From: an uncultured Planctomycetaceae bacterium
GTDB taxonomy: Bacteria > Planctomycetota > Planctomycetia > Planctomycetales > Planctomycetaceae
Assembly (NCBI GenBank): GCA_963813715.1
Contig: CAWFAK010000007.1
Span: forward strand, 704,001-768,000
Direction: 5' to 3'
DNA length: 64,000 nucleotides
Program-made: the position numbers and the translations under genes
The notes under the pieces: generated by a model
Told to the model about the DNA's origin: nothing
Database searches by the model: none
What the model saw: only the letters and a program-made list of their open reading frames with translations
Shown: positions 29,283-39,296 of the stretch, in pieces
Layout: each line of letters begins with the position of its first letter
How positions within the stretch are numbered: the stretch's first letter is position 1

Positions 29283-31477
29283 GCGTCTCCCGGGCCCTGA
29301 CCTTTCTCTGGACACCGGCGTCGCTGACCGCATCGATCCTGGCCGTGCTTTTGGCGGCCGGTTTCTGCTTTGCCGCCGCGCGTCGCAACGCGTTTCGGCC
29401 GGCATTCATCGCGCTCGAACTCTTTCGCTTCGCCATCGTTTGCTTGGCCGTTTTGCTCTTCAACCAGCCCGAGTGGATCGAAGAATTCCGCCCCGAAGGA
29501 AAGCCCTCCGTCGCCGTCCTATGGGATGGCTCCCCCAGCATGGAAACCCGCGACGTTGTGGTGCCCGGCCGCGCCGGGACCGCGCCGGTCGCGCGGCACG
29601 AGGCTATCACGGCGCTCACCACTCCCAGCTCCTGGAGCGATCTGCAGGAACGCATGGACGTCTTCATCGAGCCGTTCGCCTCGGAGAGACCGGGGCGCGG
29701 AACGAACCTTTACGATCCGCTGGCCCAGGCTCCCGACAAGTTCCGCAATCTGCGGGCCGTCGTCCTCGCTTCCGACGGCGACTGGAATATCGGCAAGGCC
29801 CCGGTGCAGGCGGCCGACAATCTGCGGCAAAAGGGCATTCCCATTTTTGCAGTTCCGGTCGGCAGTCCCACGCGCCTGCCCGACGTCGAAGTGCTCAGCG
29901 TCGACGCGCCGACCTTTGGCGTTGTCGGCAAAGCGGTGCGGATTCCGTTCACGATCGACAGTTCGCTCTCCCACGAATATGTGACGACTGTCACGTTGCG
30001 GACGTCGAGCGGCGAAGAGCTCTCCAAGGAAGTGCACATTGCTCCGATGGGCCGCACCAGCGACTGGGTTCTCTGGAAGCCGACGGCGATTGGCGATTTC
30101 ACGGTCACGCTCGACGTGCCGCCACATCCGGAGGAAACGCTGACGGACAACAATCGCAGGGCCGCGCCAATCGCCATCCGAGAAGAAAAGCTCCACGTGC
30201 TCGTAGTCGAGTCGTATCCGCGGTGGGAATACCGCTACCTGCGCAATGCTCTGTCCCGCGACCCGGGCGTGGAAGTCGCCTGCCTGCTCTTTCATCCCGG
30301 ACTGAGCAAGGGGGGAGGGGGCAACAAGGATTACATCAAGGCGTTCCCATCGCGACTCGACGAGCTGTCGAAATTCGACGTCGTGTTTTTGGGAGACGTG
30401 GGCGTCGGCGACGGGCAGCTCACGGTTGAGCAATGCCGGCTACTGAAGGGTCTGGTCGAGCGCCAGGCGAGCGGCCTGGTCTTCATGCCCGGCTGGCAGG
30501 GACGCGAATTCTCCCTGTTGGACACGGAACTTGGCGACCTGTGTCCAGTGGTGCTCGATCCAGCACAGCCGACCGGATGGGGTTTGCGCACGCCGAGCCA
30601 CTTCGAGTTGACCGACCTCGGCCGCCGCAGTCTGCTGACGAAGCTGGCCGACACGCAGGACGACAATATCGAAGTCTGGGAGGGATTGCCCGGCTTTCAG
30701 TGGTATGCACCGGTGCTGCGAGCCAAGGCTGGCAGCGATGTCCTGTGCGTGCACAAGGACGTTTCCAACGAGTTCGGGCGATTGCCCCTGCTGGCGACAC
30801 GCACGTTCGGCGCCGGCAAGGTCCTGTTCATGGGAACCGACGGAGCGTGGCGCTGGCGGAAGGGGGTCGAGGACAAATATCACTATCGTTTCTGGGGCCA
30901 AGTCGTCCGCTGGATGGCCTATCAGCGGAACATGGCGAAGGGCGAAACGATGCGGTTGTATTACGTCCCAGATCAGCCGCAGATCCGGCAGACGGTCACC
31001 TTCGATGCCAATGTCATGGAAAAAGGGGGCGAGCCGTTACACGGCGGACGCGTCAGCGGCCGGATCACGGCCCCGTCGGGCAAGGCCGAAACGATTCGCT
31101 TCGCCTCAGTGGGAGAAGAGTGGGGCATGTTCTCCGGCCGCTACACACCGGAAGAAGCCGGTAAGCACCAGGTGCACCTGTCCTGCGTGGAGACGGGGGC
31201 CTCGCTCGACGCATCATTCTTCGTTCAGGGCGATGCGGTCGAGCGTCCGGGACGTCCCGCGCGTCCGGAGGTTTTGGAGGAATTGGCCCGCGTGACTCGC
31301 GGTCGGGTGGTTCCGGCAGACCAGTTGAAGCAGATCGTGCAATCGCTGGTCGAGTTGCCCGAGACGCCACCGTCGGTCCGCCGCGTCCCGTTGTGGAGCC
31401 ATCCGTTGACCATCGGCCTCTTGGTGACGTTGCTGGGAGTATTCTGGTCGGTGCGAAAGATTTACGGGTTGATTTAA
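29279..31477 (+). CDS. vWA + Ig-like + GATase1-like (DUF1355) membrane protein
   Basis: DGSPSM, SDGDWN, PRWEYRYLRNALSRD, FDVVFLGDV, GAGKVLFMGTDGAWRWR, C-terminal TM. Confidence 0.85.
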   Translation: MSVSRALTFLWTPASLTASILAVLLAAGFCFAAARRNAFRPAFIALELFRFAIVCLAVLLFNQPEWIEEFRPEGKPSVAVLWDGSPSMETRDVVVPGRAGTAPVARHEAITALTTPSSWSDLQERMDVFIEPFASERPGRGTNLYDPLAQAPDKFRNLRAVVLASDGDWNIGKAPVQAADNLRQKGIPIFAVPVGSPTRLPDVEVLSVDAPTFGVVGKAVRIPFTIDSSLSHEYVTTVTLRTSSGEELSKEVHIAPMGRTSDWVLWKPTAIGDFTVTLDVPPHPEETLTDNNRRAAPIAIREEKLHVLVVESYPRWEYRYLRNALSRDPGVEVACLLFHPGLSKGGGGNKDYIKAFPSRLDELSKFDVVFLGDVGVGDGQLTVEQCRLLKGLVERQASGLVFMPGWQGREFSLLDTELGDLCPVVLDPAQPTGWGLRTPSHFELTDLGRRSLLTKLADTQDDNIEVWEGLPGFQWYAPVLRAKAGSDVLCVHKDVSNEFGRLPLLATRTFGAGKVLFMGTDGAWRWRKGVEDKYHYRFWGQVVRWMAYQRNMAKGETMRLYYVPDQPQIRQTVTFDANVMEKGGEPLHGGRVSGRITAPSGKAETIRFASVGEEWGMFSGRYTPEEAGKHQVHLSCVETGASLDASFFVQGDAVERPGRPARPEVLEELARVTRGRVVPADQLKQIVQSLVELPETPPSVRRVPLWSHPLTIGLLVTLLGVFWSVRKIYGLI

Positions 31478-31604
31478 CGCTTGAGAGGCCGATCCCGGAC
31501 GAGTGTCGGGGCCGCTGAGCGGAAGAAATACTGAAGTCCCTGCGGGGATCGGTTACAGTAATGCAGAGCGATACGAGGCGCCGCGACGATTTTAGGAGAG
31601 TCCG

Positions 31605-34600
31605 ATGAGCCTTGTGCGAACGACCGACCGTTTGGAACTGCCCGAGACCCTGCAGAACCAGCTGTACGATTTCCGCAAGCTGGTCTGGACGATCAAGATG
31701 ATCGAGGCGGTCTGTGGGGCCGCTGCCGGTGTTCTGGTCGCCTTTCTGGCGCTGTTCGTGCTCGACCGCTTGGGCGAGACACCCGGCTGGGCGCGGTTGT
31801 CCCTCTTCGGTCTGACGGTTGTCAGCTGCGCCTGCGTTCCGCTCGCCCTGCACCGCTGGGTTTGGCGCAATCGGCGATTGGAACAACTGGCTCGCTTGCT
31901 TGACCCGCAAGCATCCGCTTGTCGGCGACCAGCTGCTCGGCATTATCGAGCTCGTGCGGAACGACTTCGAGCAAGCGCGCTCGCCTCAATTGTGCGTCGC
32001 CGCGATCCGCCAGGTTGCCGAAGATGCGCAAAAACGCGACTTCCGCGATTCGGTGCCCAATCCGCGGCACCGTTTGTGGGTCGCGCTGGCCTTGATTCCG
32101 CTCGCGGCCTCGATCGCCCTTCTGACGATCTTTCCCTCCGCCGGAATTAACGCCTGGACCCGGCTACTGGCCCCTTGGCGCACGACGCCCCGCTACACGT
32201 TCGCCGCGGTCGACAAGCTGCCCGATCCCGTTGTGGTGGCGCATGGCGAGCCGATCTCACTGGCCGTGCATCTCGCCCAGCAAACGATCACAAAGCCCGG
32301 TGAAGCCTTCGCGCGGGTTGATGAGCGTGCGTCGGTCGCAGCGCCGCTCCGCGAGGGCAGTTACGCCTTCGATCTGCCGCCGCAAATCGCGCCGGCCGCG
32401 CTGCAGTTGGCCGTCGGCGACTGGCGTCAGCGAGTCCGTATCGAACCGATGGCGCGTCCCGAATTGACGTCGGTGACCGCCCAGGTTTCGCTGCCAGCGT
32501 ACCTGGGACTGCCCAAGGCGCAAACGAAGGACGTCCGCAGCGGAACGATCTCGCCGGTCAACGGCAGCCGGATTCAAGTTGCGGCCACCGCGAGCCGTGA
32601 ATTGGCCAGTTCGCAGGTCAACGGCCAAGCTCAGGACCCCGCGGGCAGCACGTTCACGAGCCCGCCCGTCGAAGTCAAAGGCACCGGTAAGCTCCAGCTG
32701 CAGTGGCAGGATCGACTTGGCCTCACGGGGAAGGAGCCGTTCAATTTGGCGATTGCCGGCCATGAGGACGAGGCTCCGTCGCTCGTATGCGAAGGGTTGC
32801 CGCGGCAAAAAGTCGTGCTCGACTCGGAAATGCTGAGTTTCAAAGTGCACGCGCGGGATGATTTCGGCGTGAAGCGCGTCGGCATTGAATGGCTCGGGCT
32901 GGAAGAGGCGGCCATCACCAAACCCGCAAAGGGCGAACGCGTGCTGGCAGCGGGCGGCAACGACAAAGAGTCTCTCGACGTGGGCGGTACGTTTTCGGCC
33001 AAGTCGTTCAGTATTGAACCGCAGCTAATTCGTGCCCGCGTCTTCGTGGAGGATTACCTTCCCAATCGCAAACGGGTCTATGCACCTGCATCGTTTTTGT
33101 ACGTGCTGAACCCCGAACAACATGCCATCTGGCTGACTGAGCAACTCAATAAGTGGCACCGGCAGTCGCTCGAAGTTCGCGATCGCGAAATGCAGCTGTA
33201 CGAGACGAACAAGCAGCTCCGCGCCCTCTCGCCGCGCGAGTTGGACCAGCCGGAAACCCGCCGCCGTATCGAGACGCAGGCCGGGGCCGAGTGGGCGAAC
33301 GGCCGACGCTTGGGGAACCTCGTCCGCACGGGCGAAGACCTCGTGCAGCAGGCCACGCGCAATCCCGAGTTCGGCGTCGGACATCTCGAAAAGTGGGCCG
33401 AGATGTTGCAAATTCTCAAAGAGATCTCTGCCAACCGAATGCCGTCGGTCGCCGACTTGCTCAAGCAGGCCGCCCAGGCGCCGCAGATGGCCGGCAATCA
33501 ATCGTCCAAAAAGTCCGCGATGGTGGGCGAAGTCAGGTCGCTCGCTCCGGGCAAACCGGGCAGTACCAAGCCCGACACCCAGAAGCGGCAAGCCGCGCCC
33601 CAAGTAGTCGACCAGGAATCGCAACAGCAGCCGCCCGGGAAGGATGACAAGGGGAAACCGGCGCCTCCCAAGAACCCGTCCAGCCCGCGGCTGACTTTGC
33701 CTATGACGACACTTGCCGGCAAGGGCTCTCCGCCAGAGAGCAAAGAAACCCCGGCCGCCCAGAAAATGGACGAGGCCATCAAGAAGCAAGAGGACTTGCT
33801 GGCCGAATTCGAGAAAGTAGCCGACGAGCTGAAGAAAGTCCTGGCGGAGCTCGAAGGCAGCACTCTGGTCAAACGTCTCAAGGCTGCGTCGCGGTTTCAA
33901 ATCAAGGTCGCCGGCCGCCTCGGCGATCAGGTGAACGACCTGTTCGGCTTGCGGCGGCGCGATCTGCCGGAAGCGCAGCTCAATGCGTTGGGCCAGGTTT
34001 CTGAGTCGGAGACCAAGGAGGGGGACAAGATCTCCCTGATCATGGACGACATGGACGCCTACTATGACCGCCACCGCTTCGTGAAAATCAAATCGGTTCT
34101 GGACGACATGCGCAAGCAGGACGTGGTCGGGAACCTCCGCGAGCTCGCCGGCGATCTCAAAACCGAAAAGGGACTGTCGATCGCCCAGGCTGAATACTGG
34201 TCGGACGTGCTCGATCGCTGGGCCGAAGATCTGGTCGACCCCGCCTGCTGCGGCGCATGCCCCGGCTGCAAATCGAAAGGGAGCCTCCCCCCGTCGGTGG
34301 TACTGGAAGTGTTGCAGATCCTCGAGGGTGAAATGAACCTTCGCGAAGAGACGCGCAGTCGCCGAACAGGCGCGTCCCTCGCTCGCGGTCGACGATTACA
34401 AGCACGAAGCCGGCCGACTGTCGACGACGCAAAACGTGTTGCGCGATCGCGTGGTGAAAGTTGTCGCGCGAATTCGCCAGCTGCCCGACGCGGAGAGCGA
34501 TTTTGCCAAAGAGTTGCACCTGCTCGAGACCGTAGAAGGAGTCATGCAAGAGACGCGGGACATCCTGGCCCGGCCCAACACGGGCAAAGCCGCCATCGGC

Positions 34601-34891
34601 GCGGAGACGGATGTCATCGAGCTGTTGCTGCAGTCGAAGCGGTTCAATCCCAAAGCCGGCGGAGGCGGCGGCGGGTCAAATCCCGGGGGCGGGGGCGGCG
34701 GCACCACGCACGACTCGGCGCTGACGCTGCTTGGCACGGGCGTCAACGCCAAAGAAGTGCGCGAGGATCGGGGCGTGTCGCAAACGACGGGCGAGCGCGG
34801 CTCCACGCTGCCCGAGGAATTCCGCGCGGGATTGGACGAATATTTCAACCAGCTGGAGCGCGGCGCCGGCGATAAGGCGTCGACGCCATGA
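31605..34891 (+). CDS. Large membrane-anchored coiled-coil protein (DUF4175-like; apparent frameshifts near 31900 and 34360)
   Basis: N-terminal TMs in ORF 31605, body in ORF 31819 (DEAPSL, ARDDFGV), C-terminus in ORF 34436 ending LPEEFRAGLDEYFNQL. Confidence 0.7.
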
Positions 34892-35986
34892 ATCGGTTCA
34901 CGGTGCTCCGTGAATCGTTGCTCGTGTTCGTCCTGGCAACGATGGGTGTAGGGCTGCGCACCGATCAGCCGACTGCGGCGCATGGCGCCGGAGAAGCGGC
35001 CGTGGCCAAGCTTCTTGCCGCAAAGGTCGACCTCGAGGTCGATTCGCGCCTCGAAGACGTGGCGCCGATGCTGGAAAAACGCTTCGGTATTCCCGTCCGC
35101 CTCGACAAGAACGGCTTACGACGGGCGCACGTCGATCCCCGCACGCGGATCACCGTTTCGTTCAAGCAGGTTCCGCTCGGGGTGGCGCTGTGGCAGATCC
35201 TGCGACCGCTCAAGTTGCAGTATCGTGTCGTAGATGGGTCCGTCGTCGTCGACGACGTCGGCATCCCACTTGACGAACCGCGTCCGAGACCGGCTCGGCC
35301 TGTCATGATCGAACGGCAAGGCGCTGGCCGCGTTTTGCCGATGCCGCAGGCAGGATTCGCACCGGCGGCACGCGTCAGAGACTTCAACGACGACGCCGCG
35401 GTCCGCGGCCAACTGCGGCTGGTGTTGCAGCTCGAACTGAAATTCATCAAGCACCTCTGTTCGCCAACGGCCGAGCAACTGGAGCTGATCAAACAGGACG
35501 GGCTCAAACAGATCGTGGGCGAGGAGCTGGATCACAACGATCCCGAATCGCTGCGGAAGGCAATCAGCGACCCGCGACACGCGGTTGAGAGCCGGATGGT
35601 TGATCTGGTCCGCGCCCGCCTGTCGCCAGCGCAGGCCAACCGTTTCCACAGCGAAATCAAGAAACGAACGGCGAACCTGCGGCAGGTCTCCGCGCAACCT
35701 CGTGGTGGCCATCGACCAGGAACTGTCGCTGACGGAATGGCAGCGTCAGAAAATCACCGAGGAATTGACGGATAACTGGGACGATGCCTGGACCATGACC
35801 GTCGTGCTTGGCTCCTCCAGCAACTCCGCCTTGATCCCCGCCGTGCCCGACGAGCTGATCGTTCCCTATTTGGACGCCGCCCAGCGGTCCCAGTGGGACG
35901 GCCTGCCCAAGCGAGGTAACATGGTCCTGGGCGTTCGCACCAGCGCGTTTTTGGGAATGAGCCCTCCGGCGGACGATGAGGAGTAG
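34888..35986 (+). CDS. Exported hypothetical protein with N-terminal STN-like domain, paralog 1 (apparent frameshift near 35690)
   Basis: Signal-like N-terminus; ITVSFKQVPLGVALWQILRPLKLQY; C-terminus in ORF 35585..35986. Confidence 0.7.
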
Positions 35987-35990
35987 TCGC

Positions 35991-37214
35991 ATGCGTCGCG
36001 CGCATTCCTCGCCTGTCAAAACGGATATCCCTCTCCCAGGCCCGACTTCAACCGCGCAAGGACGTGGACGCGGGTTCGACCTCACCGCGTGTCAGGTGCA
36101 AGTTGTCAACATCTGTGGGGCGTTTCTGGCGATCGTACTTGCCGGTCCCGGAATGCTGCTGCCCGCCGACCAAGCGGGCCCGCGCCGTGCCAATCATGGC
36201 AACGAGGCTGTCCGCCAGGCCCTTGCCGCCAAGGTCGACATCGATGTGCTGAATCTGCCATTGCGGGAATTTGTCCCCTACATGGCGAAGCGTCTCGGTG
36301 GCCCGGTTGTGCTGGGTAAAGCGGCCCTGCGCCGCGCCGAAGTGAATCCCGCACTGGAAATCACGGCCTCATTCAAGCAAGTTCCGCTCGGCGTGGCGCT
36401 GCGGCAGATTCTGCGACCGCTCAAGCTCGAGCACCGCGTGGTCGACGGCGGGCTGCTGATCGAAGATGTCGGCGAAGTGCCGGATGAACTTCCGAGACCG
36501 GCCACGCAAATTCGTGTCGGGCAGGTCGCCCTAGAACGCCAGGCGTGGGAACAGGTGCTGCGGTTCAACCGGCAAAAGGCGAAAGGGATCGACGCGCTCG
36601 TTGATCTCAAGGTGCTGACACCGCTTGTGCAAGTGCGGACCTTGCTGCGACTCGAACTCGATTTCGTCCGCAGGGCATGTCAGCCGCGGCCCCAACAGGA
36701 ACAGCGATTGCAAAACACGGCCTGGCAGCAAGTTGGCGAGGCACTGGCAAACTGGCAGACCGACAACGGGGCTCCCGTCCCAAGCTACGCGCGAGAGGTC
36801 ATTCAGGACGAGGTACTGTCCGCCGTGCGAACGACCTTGTCGCCTGCGCAAGTCGCGCGCTACGAAGCGGAAGCCGCCAAGCGCAAGGCATTCCGGAACC
36901 TGGCCTGTGCCCGCAATCTCCTCGTGACGCTCGACGGCGAGCTCCTCTTGACGCCCAAGCAGCGTGAAGAACTCTGCACCGCCCTCTCGCAAAACTGGGA
37001 CGATGCCTGGACCGTTAGCCTCGCCATGACGTCGACGAACGAACGAGGCCTGATTCCCGCTGTCCCGGACGAGTTGATGATGCCCCACCTGGACGCGCTG
37101 CAATGCCTGCTTTGGCGACGACTGCCGAAAACGGGAAAGCTCATTTGGCGCCTCGACCAGACCGCTTTTCTGGGACTGCCGCCGCTCGACGCGGACGATT
37201 TGGACGTTCGATGA
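35991..37214 (+). CDS. Exported hypothetical protein with STN-like domain, paralog 2 (start uncertain)
   Basis: ITASFKQVPLGVALRQILRPLKLEH; NWDDAWT..LIPAVPDEL shared with paralog 1. Confidence 0.75.
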   Translation: MRRAHSSPVKTDIPLPGPTSTAQGRGRGFDLTACQVQVVNICGAFLAIVLAGPGMLLPADQAGPRRANHGNEAVRQALAAKVDIDVLNLPLREFVPYMAKRLGGPVVLGKAALRRAEVNPALEITASFKQVPLGVALRQILRPLKLEHRVVDGGLLIEDVGEVPDELPRPATQIRVGQVALERQAWEQVLRFNRQKAKGIDALVDLKVLTPLVQVRTLLRLELDFVRRACQPRPQQEQRLQNTAWQQVGEALANWQTDNGAPVPSYAREVIQDEVLSAVRTTLSPAQVARYEAEAAKRKAFRNLACARNLLVTLDGELLLTPKQREELCTALSQNWDDAWTVSLAMTSTNERGLIPAVPDELMMPHLDALQCLLWRRLPKTGKLIWRLDQTAFLGLPPLDADDLDVR

Positions 37215-38117
37215 ATCGCATCCACCGTTACGCCCGTCGACTCGGATTCGCGGCCGCGCTTGTGGCCGTCGCGGGGATGGGGGCTGCGCGCGAATGGTGA
37301 CGACGACGATCTGGTCGAAATCAAGCCCCAGCCGCGGCAGATGGTATTCCGGGCGGTCGGGCAAATTCAGATTTCCGACCGCAATATCGACGCGTGGGTT
37401 TACGGCAACCAATCCCGCGGCCCCGAATGGATTGAGGCATCGCTCAAACAGCGCGTGGATGAAATTGTCCGGATCTGCCGGCTCACGGACGTGCAGAAGG
37501 AAAAGCTGACCCTCGCCGGCAAGGGCGATATCCAGCACTTCGAAAGCCGCGTCGACGAGCTGCGAGCGAAATGTAAATCGGGCAAGATCCAGGCGGACCA
37601 GTACAATCAGCTATACCAGTCGTCTCAGCCGTTGCGCGCCGCGCTCCAACAAGGTCTCTTTGGGGGCGGCTCTCTCTTCCACAAGACGCTGCTCACGACG
37701 TTGCGGCCCGAGCAGACGGCCCTTTGCGAACAGACCGACCGCGATCGGCGGACATTTCGGTACCGCGCGCGTATCGAATTATTAGTAGCACAGTTGGACG
37801 CCATCCTGGGCCTCCGCGACGAGCAACGCCGCCAGCTCGTCCAATTGATTCTGGATAAAACGCGTCCGCCGCGCGTGTTCGGCCAATCAGACCGTTTTCT
37901 GGTGCTGGTACAAATGTCGCATCTGCCCGAGGAGTCGCTGAAGTCCTTGCTCGATCCCGGACAGTGGCGGGAGTTGCAAAGGCAGCTGGCCAATGCCCAG
38001 CGCATGGTGCGGGTGCTCAAACAAAGCGGCGTTGTGTTCGACGACGGCACGGAACCGGACAAGAGGGGCGACGTCAACCCGGCGATTCTGATCCCTGACA
38101 ACCGTCCGCGGAGTTAA
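37211..38117 (+). CDS. Exported helical hypothetical protein (apparent frameshift near 37285)
   Basis: ATG 37211 signal peptide MNRIHRYARRLGFAAALVAVAG, continuing in ORF 37260..38117 (LTDVQKEKLTLAGKGDI). Confidence 0.7.
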
Positions 38118-38172
38118 TGCGTATTTTGCGTGGAGCCCCAGAGCGCACGATTTGAAACCACGAGAGATCAAG

Positions 38173-39273
38173 ATGCACTCGACGGAATTTGCACGAGGTG
38201 AGGCCGAACGTCCCCGCCGCCGCTCAGCGGCAATCTGCGGGGCAATCGCGGCGATCAGCGTCCTCTGCGTGCCGATGGCAGGCAGCCGACTATTGGCCCA
38301 GCCGCCGGGCGTGCGCGTCGGCGAAGTTGTCCCGCGGGACGTGCGCGAGCTCTACGATCGTGGCCTCAACTTCCTCGCCAGCACGCAGCGCGAGGACGGC
38401 GGCTGGCCCAATTCGATGCAGGACGGAGCCGGAACGGTCGGCATGGGCCTGATGGTGTTTCTCGCGTCGGGCGAAGATCCGAACTTCGGCCTTTATAGCG
38501 TCCACGTGCGGCGGTCGCTGCGTTACATCATTTCCGCGCAGGATCCCGAAACCGGGTTTCTGGGCCAAAGCATGTACCACCACGGATTCGGCATGCTGGC
38601 CCTGGCCGAGGCCTATGGCACCGTCGACGACCGCAATCTCTGGCCGCAAGGCAAGAATGTGCGAACGATCGGCGCCGCCTTGGAGTTGGCCGTGCGGGCC
38701 GCCATCACGTCGCAAAAGAACAATTCTCAGGGCGCATGGCGTTACTCGCCCGATTCCACCGACGCCGACACCTCCGTCAGCGGGGCGGTGCTCGTAGGGC
38801 TGCTCGCGGCTCGCAACGCCGGCATCGAAATCCCCGATCAGTCGATCGACAAGGCCATTTCCTTTTATCGACAGATGACCTCGTCCTCCGGGCAAGTCGC
38901 GTACGCGGGCCTGGGAGGATTCGACGAATCGCTCGCGCGAGTCTCGATCGCCACGCTCGTCTACTCGGTGGCGCGGCGGAAAGACCTGGCGGAATACAAG
39001 GCCACGCTCGGCTTCTTGAAAGACCGCGCGGAGGGATCGCCCGACCAGGGCCGCGGCTACGAAGACTACACTCGCTACTACGAGGCCCAGGCCCTGTTCC
39101 AGGGAGACGTCGAAGCCTGGGACAAGTGGAACAAGTTGCTCGTGCGCAAACTGAAACAGGCTCAGCAACGGGATGGCAGCATCGAGGGACAGTTCGGCGT
39201 CTCGACGTCCACCTCCTTATCGCTGTTGGCCGTAGCCGTCAATTTCCGTTTCTTGCCGATTTACGAACGCTAG
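38173..39273 (+). CDS. Prenyltransferase/squalene oxidase repeat protein
   Basis: QREDGGW, MYHHGFGMLALAEAYG, GAWRY..DTSVSG, QQRDGS repeats; N-terminal signal. Confidence 0.88.
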   Translation: MHSTEFARGEAERPRRRSAAICGAIAAISVLCVPMAGSRLLAQPPGVRVGEVVPRDVRELYDRGLNFLASTQREDGGWPNSMQDGAGTVGMGLMVFLASGEDPNFGLYSVHVRRSLRYIISAQDPETGFLGQSMYHHGFGMLALAEAYGTVDDRNLWPQGKNVRTIGAALELAVRAAITSQKNNSQGAWRYSPDSTDADTSVSGAVLVGLLAARNAGIEIPDQSIDKAISFYRQMTSSSGQVAYAGLGGFDESLARVSIATLVYSVARRKDLAEYKATLGFLKDRAEGSPDQGRGYEDYTRYYEAQALFQGDVEAWDKWNKLLVRKLKQAQQRDGSIEGQFGVSTSTSLSLLAVAVNFRFLPIYER

Positions 39274-39296
39274 TCCGAACGCTAGGACTCCGCCTG

